Source of the DNA: Candidatus Latescibacterota bacterium
GTDB taxonomy: Bacteria; Latescibacterota; CBDEFO01
Direction of reading: 5' to 3'
Length of the DNA stretch: 64,000 nucleotides
NCBI GenBank assembly: GCA_965248755.1
Contig: OZ252149.1
Coordinates: 2,848,001 to 2,912,000 of the forward strand
Position numbers and translations under genes: made by a program. Below the pieces are notes generated by a model that worked only from the letters and a program-made list of their open reading frames with translations, ran no database searches and was not told where the DNA came from. Positions 1 to 10,275 of this stretch are shown here, one piece after another. Position 1 is the first letter of the stretch; each line of letters starts with the position of its first letter.

Positions 1-10
1 CCACGTCTTT

Positions 11-976
11 TTATTCCCCGCTTTCTCGCTCGTAAAGATCGTATGCCTTTATTATTTCCCCAACCAGGCGATGCCGCACAACGTCCCTTTCTGTCAGGAA
101 CACGAATTTGATCCGCTCTATGCCCTTGAGGACATCTTTTGTCTGCACAAGTCCCGAAGTGCTCTCAAAAGGCAGATCCACCTGAGTTATATCTCCTGTC
201 ACCACAGCTTTGGAGTTTACGCCCAATCTGGTCAGAAACATTTTCATCTGCAAAGGTGTGGTGTTTTGAGCCTCGTCCAGGATTACATAGGCTCCGCTTA
301 GAGTCCTTCCCCTCATATAAGCAAGTGGGACTATCTCTATTACTCTCGTATCCTGAAGTCGTCTGAGCTTATCAGGTTCTATCATATCGTGAAGAGCGTC
401 ATAAAGGGGCCTCAAATAAGGGTCTACCTTCTTCTGCATATCCCCGGGAAGAAAACCCAGCCTTTCTCCAGCTTCGACTGCGGGTCTAGCCAGTATAATC
501 CGTGAGACATCTTTCCTTTTGAAAGCGGCAACAGCCATAGCCACCGCAAGATATGTCTTTCCCGTTCCCGCAGGCCCAATCCCGAACACTATGTCGTACT
601 CCTCTATAGCCGACACGTAAAGATACTGTCCCAAAGTCTTAGGACGGACCTGGATCCTCTTAGCTGAGAGAATCACCTTCTGCGACAGAACGTCAGAGAC
701 GTCCTTTCCCTTATCCTTTATCTGGTCCAATACCTCCACCAATTCCCTTCCCCCGTCGTCACTTCCGGCTCTTACAAGTTCAGCCAGATCTTTCAAGAGC
801 CGAACCGCACCCTTAACGTCTTCTTCGTCCCCCTGAATCGTAACGTCTTGGCCCCTTGCCACTATCTTGACGTTATATTTACTCTCTACAGAAAGAAGAT
901 TCGAATCGTTGTGACCGTAAAAAAGGAGAGGGTCCACGCCTTCCACTGATATTTTCTTCGAAACGCTGTCGCTCAA
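11..976 (-). CDS. phoH: PhoH-like ATPase with N-terminal KH-like domain
   Basis: GPAGTGKT Walker A, RPAVEAGERLGFLPGD, PLAYMRGRTL, ILDEAQN, RHRLV motifs. Confidence 0.95.
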   Translation of the reverse strand: MSDSVSKKISVEGVDPLLFYGHNDSNLLSVESKYNVKIVARGQDVTIQGDEEDVKGAVRLLKDLAELVRAGSDDGGRELVEVLDQIKDKGKDVSDVLSQKVILSAKRIQVRPKTLGQYLYVSAIEEYDIVFGIGPAGTGKTYLAVAMAVAAFKRKDVSRIILARPAVEAGERLGFLPGDMQKKVDPYLRPLYDALHDMIEPDKLRRLQDTRVIEIVPLAYMRGRTLSGAYVILDEAQNTTPLQMKMFLTRLGVNSKAVVTGDITQVDLPFESTSGLVQTKDVLKGIERIKFVFLTERDVVRHRLVGEIIKAYDLYERESGE

Positions 977-1004
977 TCTTTAGAACCTTCCTCCATCAAA
1001 CAAG

Positions 1005-1047
1005 AAAAGCCCTCACTTTCGGGCAGTAGCCGGAGACGAGAGCTTTT
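1005..1047 (-). terminator. Intrinsic terminator/attenuator-like hairpin just upstream of phoH
   Basis: Minus strand AAAAGCTCTC...GAGGGCTTTT stem followed by CTTGTTT, ahead of a GGAGG SD. Confidence 0.4.
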
Positions 1048-1198
1048 AGCAACCAAACTGTTCAGATCCGAAAAATTTTAATCTTGTCGAGGAAACGGAT
1101 ATCGTCCATCCAGGGACGAAAGCAAAGATTTAAAGATAAACGTAAGATAAAATCACGCCGTCCTTTAAAATTAAAAAAGAATCCATGTTTCAGCCATA

Positions 1199-1227
1199 AT
1201 ATTAACATATATATAAGGCAATGTCAA
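1199..1227 (-). promoter_or_regulatory. Sigma70-type promoter for phoH
   Basis: Minus strand TTGACA-N17-TAATAT. Confidence 0.5.
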
Positions 1228-1674
1228 GAGAAAAATAGACTAAGCTGTGTGATAGGGCGTATTGGCGAGCTTTTCGGGGTAATATCGTCCGCGTCACCGA
1301 TTTAGGTAATTTCATACCGCTCCCATGTCACCGTCAGCGGATTCATGCCCGTCCATCTACCCTACGACCCATGCGTCTTGGGGCTCACCCGCTAAGAGGT
1401 GAACCATGTTCAGGCTGTGACGGCCGCCTCCCGATATGTGGTTGGTCATATCATAATTGCTAGTGGTCAGCTTCTTTCAGAATTCCCCATCATTTATCAT
1501 TTCCCTTGCCTTCCACATGTTAGGAAGATCCTCACACAGCTTCTCCAAGTCAATACATTACTGGTCAAAATTATGTTGACTTGCGCACGATCTTAGGGTA
1601 ATTTTAATCGTTGCGCTGTACAGCTCATCTCTACGTTATAGTAGGCAGGAATGCGATTATGATGCCTAAAAGGT

Positions 1675-2058
1675 ATGATGCCTAAAAGGACAGATAAGGA
1701 CATGGGACGTTTCTTTCTGATGATCGCCCTGGTTTTGCTTGCGGTGAACGCTGGTTGCTCAAAGGGGGAAGATGGACGAACAGGAGAGCACATCGGCGAA
1801 GAGGAGCTTGCCGACATAATCGTGGACATGGCGAAAGCTAAAGACGAATATCGCTCAGATGAGGAGGCTCTCAAAGAGAGAGAAGAAGCTCTCAAAGAGA
1901 GACTGGAAGCTATACTAAAGGAGCGAAGTATTTCTTGGGCTGACATAGAAAAGATCATGGGGGATTTGAGGAAGGATCCTAAAAGGTGGGAAAGGGTGCT
2001 GATAACTGTCCAGACAAAATTGCAGATGGAGTCTAAAACAGTGAACAGCAAACAGTAG
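1675..2058 (+). CDS. Small helical lipoprotein (DUF4296-like)
   Basis: Hydrophobic signal ending NAG-C lipobox; charged helical body. Confidence 0.6.
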   Translation: MMPKRTDKDMGRFFLMIALVLLAVNAGCSKGEDGRTGEHIGEEELADIIVDMAKAKDEYRSDEEALKEREEALKERLEAILKERSISWADIEKIMGDLRKDPKRWERVLITVQTKLQMESKTVNSKQ

Positions 2059-2280
2059 ACAGTAGATGGGGAAAGGCAAATGCAAGTAGATAGCATACGG
2101 AAGAGGTGTCAGACAAACGTATCGGCCTCAAGATTACCTACCATAGTTTTTCTCTTGCTCTGAGTAGAGGCATCGGATATATTAGTTATAAGGTTTGGCC
2201 GGTGACAAAGTTCAAAGATCATGAACTGAATTCCTTCGAGATAAGCTGCAAAATTAAGAAAGTTTTGAGAGGGGACTATT

Positions 2281-3020
2281 GTGGCTGAAGAAAGAGAAAT
2301 TCGTCATTTAAATATCGGCGCTGCCGAGCGCGTCCGCCGATATAAGGAATTTTACGGAGGTTGTGTCTCAGACGCGCTTTCACGCTGTGGCGTGCAGGAT
2401 ACTGTGCTGTCACCGAAGTTTTATGCGTTGCGACAGGACATGATCCTTGCAGGCGAGGCTCTAACCGTCAAGCTCCATTCCCACCCCGGAGAGATCATGA
2501 CGGATGAGGAGAAGAAGGCTCGCGATGAGGAGTGGGACCGGATCGGTTCACCCCAAAAGCGTATGATGAGGTCGGTCTATGCGGGCGCTGTCATCTGCTT
2601 CGACACCGGTAGCGTTTCAGCCAGCGCACTTTGGGGAGATGAGTTGCACGCTGGCCCAGGCACACGGTTGTACAGGGATGCTAATTGCCGGGAAGATCCG
2701 GCATACTCGATACGTTTTGAAGATGGAGAATTTTCCTGTATATACTAATGGGCACGCGGCCAAACGCCTTTGGCAGCTGGGGGGTTACGCACGTCCAGCA
2801 CCCGATATTTCTCCCCGGTCACCTTGTGCACTACGTGCGGGTGAATCCCGGAGATTTCATCTTTGGGGACACAGACGGTGTCCAGATCATCCCTGGGGAG
2901 TTCACAGATGAGGTTATGCTGATCTGCGAGGAAATAGTTGAAAAGGAGAATGAGGAGCGCTGCCTCATCAGGGAAGGTATGCCCATAGATGAGGTGTATG
3001 CCACCTATGGAGACCTATAG
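2281..3020 (+). pseudogene. RraA/HMG-aldolase family protein split over three frames
   Basis: VSDAL, AGEALTVK, then AHFGEMSCTLAQAHGCTG, then VNPGDFIFGDTDGV in successive frames; shifts near 2610 and 2747. Confidence 0.75.
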
Positions 3021-3022
3021 GT

Positions 3023-3727
3023 GTGCATGCCAAGTTCTCTGTTAAAGGAAGTGCAATCGTGGTTCTTATCTTGGTAGCTATTCTAACAATGGCAAGCTCT
3101 CAAGATACTTGGGGGCAACTGGCCGAGCCGTCGCCTAAGTTTACTATAGCTCGGTTGAAATACGAGGGCGGAGGGGATTGGTACAACGATCCTGATATAA
3201 TTGGGAATCTCTTGCGATTCATCGGAGAAAATACGAACATCAAAACGGTAAACGATGAGGCGAGGGTCGAGATAGGGGACAAAGAGTTCTTTTCCTATCC
3301 GTTCCTGTTTATGACAGGGCACGGAAATATACTTCTGACACGGGAGGAGGTACCGAGGCTCAGGGAATATCTGGAAAGAGGGGGGTTCTTATATGCGGAC
3401 GATGACTACGGGATGGATGAGTCGTTTCGAAGGGAGATAAAACGTGCACTCCCGGATAAGGAGCTTGTAGAGCTTCCGCCGTCATACGGACTCTTTGACT
3501 GTCACTTCAGCTTTCCGGGGGGACTGCCTAAAATACACGAACATGACGGAAAGCGTCCCCAGGCGTTTGGAATATTTCATGAAGACAGGTTAGTTGTTCT
3601 CTACACTTACGAGACGAACATCAGCGACGGATGGGCGTCTCCTGATGTACACAAAGATTCTGAAGAAAAGCGGAACGCGGCTTTGAAAATGGGAACTAAT
3701 ATAGTAGTATGGGCGCTCACACATTAA
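3023..3727 (+). CDS. DUF4159 domain protein
   Basis: IARLKYEGGGDWY, YPFLFMTGHG, GGFLYADD, PKIHEHDG, DGW motifs; signal peptide. Confidence 0.9.
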   Translation: MHAKFSVKGSAIVVLILVAILTMASSQDTWGQLAEPSPKFTIARLKYEGGGDWYNDPDIIGNLLRFIGENTNIKTVNDEARVEIGDKEFFSYPFLFMTGHGNILLTREEVPRLREYLERGGFLYADDDYGMDESFRREIKRALPDKELVELPPSYGLFDCHFSFPGGLPKIHEHDGKRPQAFGIFHEDRLVVLYTYETNISDGWASPDVHKDSEEKRNAALKMGTNIVVWALTH

Positions 3728-3887
3728 AGAAAGTAGATAGTAGACAGGGGCACCGCCTCTCCTCCTTGAGATTGCTTCGGGCGAATGCCCCCGATCGAAT
3801 CTATCGGGCGGAAGCAATCTCGTAGACAGTGTAGTCAAGAAGGAGCAGAGGGAATCCATGTATGCTGTCTACTAATATAGGAGATCC

Positions 3888-6661
3888 ATGATGTCCTTCA
3901 AGCATCTTTTATTCTTTTTCCTTTCTCTTTTGCTTGCGGACAATACACAGGCACAGACTCAGCTCACGTTAGATCGCGATCGGCTTGAAGTCACAGAGGA
4001 ACAGACGGAGTCCCTGGCGAACCGACTTCTGGAACTATCCATAGCGACTCGCCAAAAAGATCTCGATCAGACCGCAGATTTCTTTGCAGATTCATTATCA
4101 GCTACCCCTCTTCCGACTGAACCCGAGGAACTTGTGCATCAAGTCAAGTGGATCCACAAGCACGGCTGGAAGATTCAAAAGGAGGCTTTGAGGTTGTCTT
4201 TGAGCGCTTTTTTGAAGGATTGGGGGGTGTTTTTGAACACTTCTCTGAGATTGATGACGCTCGGTTCAAGGTGGTGAAAGCTAAGTTTGACGACAGGGGC
4301 GCTCAGGCCCGCGTCTATTTCTATCTGGTGGGCAGGGACGCTGAGGGCCTAAGAGAGTGGGCAAGGGGATATGCCTCTGTACATGCACAGGCTTCGGAGG
4401 AGGGCAACTGGAAAATCAGCCAGTTCGTACTCGAGAGTCTTGAATCCCTGGTGTCCACCATTGAGCTCTTTTCCGAAGTGGGTGGTCCGGCAGGTGTTGC
4501 GGCCTTCTTCCCGGCCTATGGATCGAGCCAAAACCGGGGTTTCGTCTGGCACGGGGCAGCGGTAGCGGACGTGGACCTGGATGGGTTGATGGACATCTTT
4601 GCGACCGGTATCTTCGAGAACTATCTCTATTTAAACGAGGGCAACGGGCGCTTCCGCGACGCTTCTGCTCAAACGCAGACCAAGATTTTGCCCAAAGCCA
4701 CGACCCCGCTCTTTTTGGATTATGACAACGATGGGGATCAGGACCTGTTCCTCTCCTCGCCACAAAATCAGATGTTGCTTGAAAACCGGCTCATACCGGA
4801 AGGGAAGCTCGAATTTTTCGACGTGTCGTTGCAGTCAGGGATCGGGCTTGTTCCGGCAATAGGGTTCAGCGCCATCGCCGGTGACGTCAATGGGGACGGC
4901 CGTCCGGACATCTACGTTTCGTCTTACAACAGGTACGGCCAGGTGATGCCGAATTCGTGGCATCGCGCCACCAACGGGACTCCAAATCTGTTGTTCATAA
5001 ATAAGGGCAAGGGCGAATTTGTGGAGTCTGCAAAGGAATGGGCTGTAGATGACGGCCGTTGGAGTTACGCCGCTGGATTTGTGGACATAGACGAAGACGG
5101 GGATATGGACATCTACGTTGCCAACGATTTCGGCGAAAATGGTCTCTACTTAAACCAAGGTGATCGCTTTGTCGATGTGGCGGCTTCTTGGGGAGTGCTG
5201 GACCCGGGAAATGGCATGGGGGTCTCTTTCGGTGACTACGACAACGATGGGGACCTGGACCTCCACGTGACCAATATGTCCTCGACGGCGGGAAATCGGA
5301 TTCTCGGGAGACTCTTTCCCAGTGTGAGCCGGGAGATTGGCGTCCTGGGTAAGCTGGCTTCGGGAAACAGCCTCTATGAAAATCTGGGGAACGGCCAGTT
5401 CAAGGACGTTACATCGGCCGTTGGGGGATTTTCATCGGGCTGGGCGTGGGGCGGTGGATTCATCGACTTCGACAACGACGGATGGGAGGACATCTATACC
5501 CCCAACGGGTTCATTTCGGGAAAGTCGATGAAGGACACGTGAAGCCTCTTCTGGCGCCACGTGGTGGCGTCTAAGGCAGGAGTTGAGCAGGCGGGCAGCG
5601 ACACTTTCACAGAGCGGCAAAACAAATTGTTCGGACAGGGGTTTTCATTCAGCGGCTTCGAGAGAGATGCACTCTACCTCAACCTGGGCAGCAAGAAATA
5701 CTTGAATATCTCCGGCGTCTCAGGCATAGATTCGATCACCGATGGAAGGGGAGCTGTCTTCGCCGATTTCGACAACGATGGCGACACAGACATCTTTTTG
5801 ACCACTATCCAGGGAGAGGCTCACCTGCTCTTTAGAAATAATCTTTCCGAAGATGACTCCTTCATTCGTGTCACCTTGGAGGGCGTAAAGAGCGGGAAAG
5901 ACGCCTTCGGAAGCCTGGTGAGAGTCAAGACCTCCGCCGGCGTCCTCACCAAAGTCAAATCCGGTGGAGCCGCGTACCTCTCCCAGAGCGACCCGCGACT
6001 TACCTTCGGTCTCGGCTCAGATGCTAAAGCCGAGTGGGTCGAGGTTGTGTGGGCTTCAGGCCTGGTGCAGAAATTTGAGAATATCCCACAAGGCTCTTCC
6101 ATGAAGATTACCGAAGGAGATGAGCAGGTGCGATGGGTTGAGGAGAAACGATTCCAGCTGCCCGAGCCTATCAGGCCACAAGAGACCCGCCTGATGTCCT
6201 TGAGGATCAAAAAGGGGGGACAGTTTCCGAATCTTGCGCTGTCTTTATTGGATGGCGAAAGGACTTCCCTGCAAAGTTCTTCGATACTTTTGGATGATCC
6301 CATACCCGGACGAAAATACCTTGTGAATCTGTGGGCAACGTGGTGCCTGCCATGCGCCAAAGAGATGCCGGAGTTGCAGAAACTCTATGCTCGCAACATC
6401 GATAGTCTTGAGATTATGGGTATCAGCCTGGACCACGAACGGGCACAAGACAAGGTCAAGAGCTTTTTGAGCGATCACGGTATCCAATACCCGATCTATC
6501 TAAGCGATAAGAACATAATCGAGCAAATCTATGCCACAGACGAGGTCTTCGTCCCCCTCTCTTTTCTCCTCGACCAGAGCGGCAAAGTAATGGAGATCTT
6601 CTCAGGATGGTCTGAGGAGGTCAGGGAGAGATTGATTGAACAAGTAGACAGCAAACAGTAG
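3888..6661 (+). CDS. Secreted CRTAC1/ASPIC-UnbV FG-GAP protein with C-terminal TlpA-like thioredoxin; putative selenoprotein (UGA 5540-5542); one frameshift near 4230
   Basis: Signal peptide in ORF 3888; DxDNDGDxD repeats in ORF 4148; in-frame TGA then SLFWRHVV continuing into ORF 5561 (FSGFERD, YLSQSDPRLTFGLG, WATWCLPC). Confidence 0.8.
5543..5577 (+). promoter_or_regulatory. Candidate bacterial SECIS element
   Basis: GGCGCCAC-GTG-GTGGCGTC stem-loop plus basal GCCT/AGGC pairing immediately 3' of the in-frame TGA; apical loop begins with G about 18 nt after the UGA. Confidence 0.7.
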
Positions 6662-6741
6662 ACAGGGGCACCCATCTCCGCTCCCTATGTGCTCTTTATT
6701 AGGGGAGATAGGTATGCCCTGTATCCTGTCAATGTTTTGAG

Positions 6742-9700
6742 GTGTCGGTAATGTCAGACTCGGCGGAAAAGACATATCGGGAGCTTTTGGAGAGGCTCAG
6801 GAGGTTAAGAATCAGGGAGATGAATCTCGGGGTCTCCTTCGGGACAGCTTTGTGTCTTCTGGTTGCCCTTTGTATCGGGTCGCTCTGGATGGCCGTAGAG
6901 ATCTTGTTCTATCTGCATCCAGTGGCAAAGATGCTTATGCTGTCTCTTACTGCCGGGACTGCGGGCTCTGCCTTTGTGTACTTCTCCATCTTCCAAGTCT
7001 TCAGGAAGAAGTCGCCTCAGGACATGGCTCTGAAGGTGGAATCTGTGTTCCCGAAGTTCAAGCAGACCTTGATAGGTGCACTTCAACTCTGGGACAAAAA
7101 GATAGAGAATCCAGAGGGCTATTCAATGGATATGATCGACCGGACTGTGATAAAGGCGGGAGACTTATCAAAGGATGTGGAATTTGAGAGCATCGAAAGT
7201 ACCGCAAAGATATGGAAGACAGTTGCCATCCTATCTGCTATTATAGGTTTCGTCGCCCTCTTTGTAATTCTGTTTCCGTCTCAGTTTAAGGGAGCGCTGT
7301 CCAGGACTTTTCACATCACCACCGCCTTTGCAAAGCCTCCAGAGACGTTTCTGTACGTGGAACCCGGAGATATGGAGGTTGTGAAGGGTGCGGACGCCTC
7401 TATACTCATACAGTTGGAAGGCAGACTTCCCGACCAGATCAGCGTGCTCTCCAAAGAGCCTCTGGCAAAGAGATGGAAAGAGGCAGACGTAGAGATTTCA
7501 ATGGAGGACAGCTTGTTCCAGTTGCAGCTGAAGCTGGGCTTTGTATATGCTTTTAAGGAAGTAAGCCGGACTATCGACTACTATGTCAAAGCCGGCGACG
7601 GAGAGAGTCCTGGTTTTCGAATCAATGTGATCGACCGTCCGATGGTCAACAAGATCACGGCGCAATACGAGTATCCCGCATATACGGGTGTTCCCGCCAA
7701 AGTGACAGAGGGTGGGGATCTATCGGCCCTTATCGGGACTGAAGTTGAGCTTTCTATCTGGGCGAGCAAACCCTTAAGGGGGGCCTTCCTGATCTTGGGA
7801 GATGGAACAAAGATCGAGGCTACCCTGGAAAACAGGACCGCGAGACTGGGCTTCGAGATAAAAAAGGACGACACTTATCACATCCGATTGGTGGATTTGG
7901 AGGGTCTTGATAACTCTGAGCCCATAGAATACAGTATATATGCCCTGAAGGACGAATCGCCCATAGTCAGAGTCGCCTATCCAGGGAGCGATACGGACCT
8001 TGGAGATAATATGTTACAGCCGCTTACAATAGAGGCGTCCGACGACTTCGGGATATCGAAGATGAATATCATCTGGAGACTGAACGAGGATCCGAGGCTA
8101 AGACGTTGGGAAGTACCTCTTCTCTCTGGAGGAAGGAAAGAGGTTAAAGAAGACTATGTGTGGGATCTATCGGCAATGAATCTGCTGCCTGAAGATAGGA
8201 TATACTACCGCGTTGAGGTCTATGACAACGATGAAGTCTCAGGGCCCAAAAGAGCCCAAAGCGAAGAGTTTGTCGTGAGACTTCCCTCTGTCCATGAGAT
8301 ATTGGAGGAGGTCGAAAGGACGCAGGAAGAGCAGACAATGCAGATGGAGGGGATAGCAAAGGAAAGCCGTGCAATCAAGGAGAAGTTAGAGGAGATAAAA
8401 CGTGAGCTTTTGAAGGGTGTGCAGTTAGATTGGGAGGAAAGGAAGGACATCGAGTCTCTTGTGAATAGACAGATGAGAATGGCTGAGGAGATGAACAAGC
8501 TTTCCGAGAAGATGGACGAAGTGACGGAGCAATTAGAAAAGAGCGGGTTGTCTGCGGCGGAGACTCTGCAGAAGATGGCTCAAATAAGGAAGCTTATGTC
8601 GGATGTAGCGACCCCTGAACTAATAGAGGCTATGGAAAATTTGAGGGAGTCTGTGAAAGACCTGGATCAACGGCAGATAGAGCAGGCCATGAAGGATTTT
8701 TCGATTACACAGGAGGAATTTGGCAGGAGGCTCGACCGCACTATCGCTATCTTGAAGAGACTTCAGGTGGAGCAGAAGATAGATGCCGCTATCAAGGCTG
8801 CAGAGGAGCTGACAGAAAGACAGGAAGGCGTAAACAATCAGATCAAAGAAAACAAAAAAGAAGAGTTGGCAAAGGAGGAGGAGGCGATTGCCCAAGATAC
8901 GCGAAAGCTCCAGAAGGACATAGAAGATCTGGCGGATGCCATAAGGGAAATCTCCGAGCAGAGTCAGGTCGCAGGTTTGGCTGATTCGATTTCTAAAGAG
9001 ATGGCAAGGCAGAAAATACCCTCTCATATGCTCCAGATGGCAGAGTCTTTAAGGTCGAGTGATGGCAAATCGGCTGAATTGCAGGGAGAGTGGATAGTTC
9101 AAAACCTGGTGGATCTATCCTTTGGCCTAAGAAAAATGCAGGAGTCCTTTCTGAAAAGCCAGAAAGCCGAGCTTTTCGGCGAGATCAGGAAGTCCATGCG
9201 GGACCTTCTGTATCTATCTTATCGCCAGGAGGACGTGATTGCAGACGGCAAAGATACAAAGATACAACGAGAGCTTGCAGAAGTTCAGCAGTCCCTCTTT
9301 TCGGGGACTTCCAAAATCGCTGACAGGCTCTTTGAAACATCTCAAAAGACGTTCTTCATTACCCCTTCCATAGGAAGAGCTTTAGGAGAGTCTCTGGAAG
9401 GGATGAAAGAGGCCACCTCTCTCCTTGAAAGAGGGAACGGAAAATTGGCGTCGAGCCATCAAAGGAAGGCCATGTCCTCCTTAAATGAGACGGTAAATCT
9501 CCTAAGAGGGGCGATGGGGGACATATCGTCGTCTGAATCGGGAACGGGCTTTCAGGAGATGTTAGAGAAGATGAAGGCTCTGTCGCAACAACAGCAGGGC
9601 GTAAATCAGAGGACAGAGAGCCTGTTCGGTGGGGGACAGATGGGACTTTCTCCAGAGCAGCAAGGAGCCAACAGTGCTACCATGATGGCTCAACTTCTGG

Positions 9701-10122
9701 CGGAGCAGGAGGCTATAAGAAGGGCAATCGAGGGGCTTCAAAGGGCGATGGAGCAGAAAGGGGGTCTCCTGGGAAGACTCGACAAGATGGGCAGGGAGAT
9801 CGAGGAGGTCACCAGGGACCTTGCAAGCGGAAGGATAAGCAGAAGGACTATCGAAAGGCAAAGAGACATACTCTCCAGAATGCTGGACGCCCAAAGGTCG
9901 ATATACGAGAGGAGCTACAGCAGGAAGAGACAATCTAAAGAGGGAAAGGACCCAGATTATCAGGGCTCTGGCAGTCTGCCGGAGGATCTGGGACAGAGGA
10001 GAAATCTTTTGAGAGAATATCTCCTCCAGGCCTTAAAGGAGGGCTATTCTCAAGAGTACATCAATTTAATACGAAAGTATTTTGAGTCACTATCTATAGA
10101 TCAAGTAGACGGCATACAGTAG
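6742..10122 (+). CDS. DUF4175-family membrane-anchored protein (Ig-like domains plus long coiled coil)
   Basis: 3 N-terminal TM segments, YPAYTG and ASDDFGI motifs, Q/E-rich coiled coil, RQRDILSRMLDA...YF C-terminus. Confidence 0.8.
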   Translation: MSVMSDSAEKTYRELLERLRRLRIREMNLGVSFGTALCLLVALCIGSLWMAVEILFYLHPVAKMLMLSLTAGTAGSAFVYFSIFQVFRKKSPQDMALKVESVFPKFKQTLIGALQLWDKKIENPEGYSMDMIDRTVIKAGDLSKDVEFESIESTAKIWKTVAILSAIIGFVALFVILFPSQFKGALSRTFHITTAFAKPPETFLYVEPGDMEVVKGADASILIQLEGRLPDQISVLSKEPLAKRWKEADVEISMEDSLFQLQLKLGFVYAFKEVSRTIDYYVKAGDGESPGFRINVIDRPMVNKITAQYEYPAYTGVPAKVTEGGDLSALIGTEVELSIWASKPLRGAFLILGDGTKIEATLENRTARLGFEIKKDDTYHIRLVDLEGLDNSEPIEYSIYALKDESPIVRVAYPGSDTDLGDNMLQPLTIEASDDFGISKMNIIWRLNEDPRLRRWEVPLLSGGRKEVKEDYVWDLSAMNLLPEDRIYYRVEVYDNDEVSGPKRAQSEEFVVRLPSVHEILEEVERTQEEQTMQMEGIAKESRAIKEKLEEIKRELLKGVQLDWEERKDIESLVNRQMRMAEEMNKLSEKMDEVTEQLEKSGLSAAETLQKMAQIRKLMSDVATPELIEAMENLRESVKDLDQRQIEQAMKDFSITQEEFGRRLDRTIAILKRLQVEQKIDAAIKAAEELTERQEGVNNQIKENKKEELAKEEEAIAQDTRKLQKDIEDLADAIREISEQSQVAGLADSISKEMARQKIPSHMLQMAESLRSSDGKSAELQGEWIVQNLVDLSFGLRKMQESFLKSQKAELFGEIRKSMRDLLYLSYRQEDVIADGKDTKIQRELAEVQQSLFSGTSKIADRLFETSQKTFFITPSIGRALGESLEGMKEATSLLERGNGKLASSHQRKAMSSLNETVNLLRGAMGDISSSESGTGFQEMLEKMKALSQQQQGVNQRTESLFGGGQMGLSPEQQGANSATMMAQLLAEQEAIRRAIEGLQRAMEQKGGLLGRLDKMGREIEEVTRDLASGRISRRTIERQRDILSRMLDAQRSIYERSYSRKRQSKEGKDPDYQGSGSLPEDLGQRRNLLREYLLQALKEGYSQEYINLIRKYFESLSIDQVDGIQ

Positions 10123-10275
10123 ACAGTGTAGCCCCGCCCATCCTCGTATCAAGTTGACAGCATGCAGACAGCGGGAGGATGTCCTACCTACTGACATTTC
10201 TGACGTTTTTCAAGGCGTATGTCCTTTTTCGCTCCCTATTTTATCCCAAGAATTGCAAAGGAAACTGGAAAACAT

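Noticed and set aside
1084..1305. K/R-rich ORF as a possible ribosomal protein
   Set aside because: No recognisable motif; it lies antisense to the phoH leader and promoter
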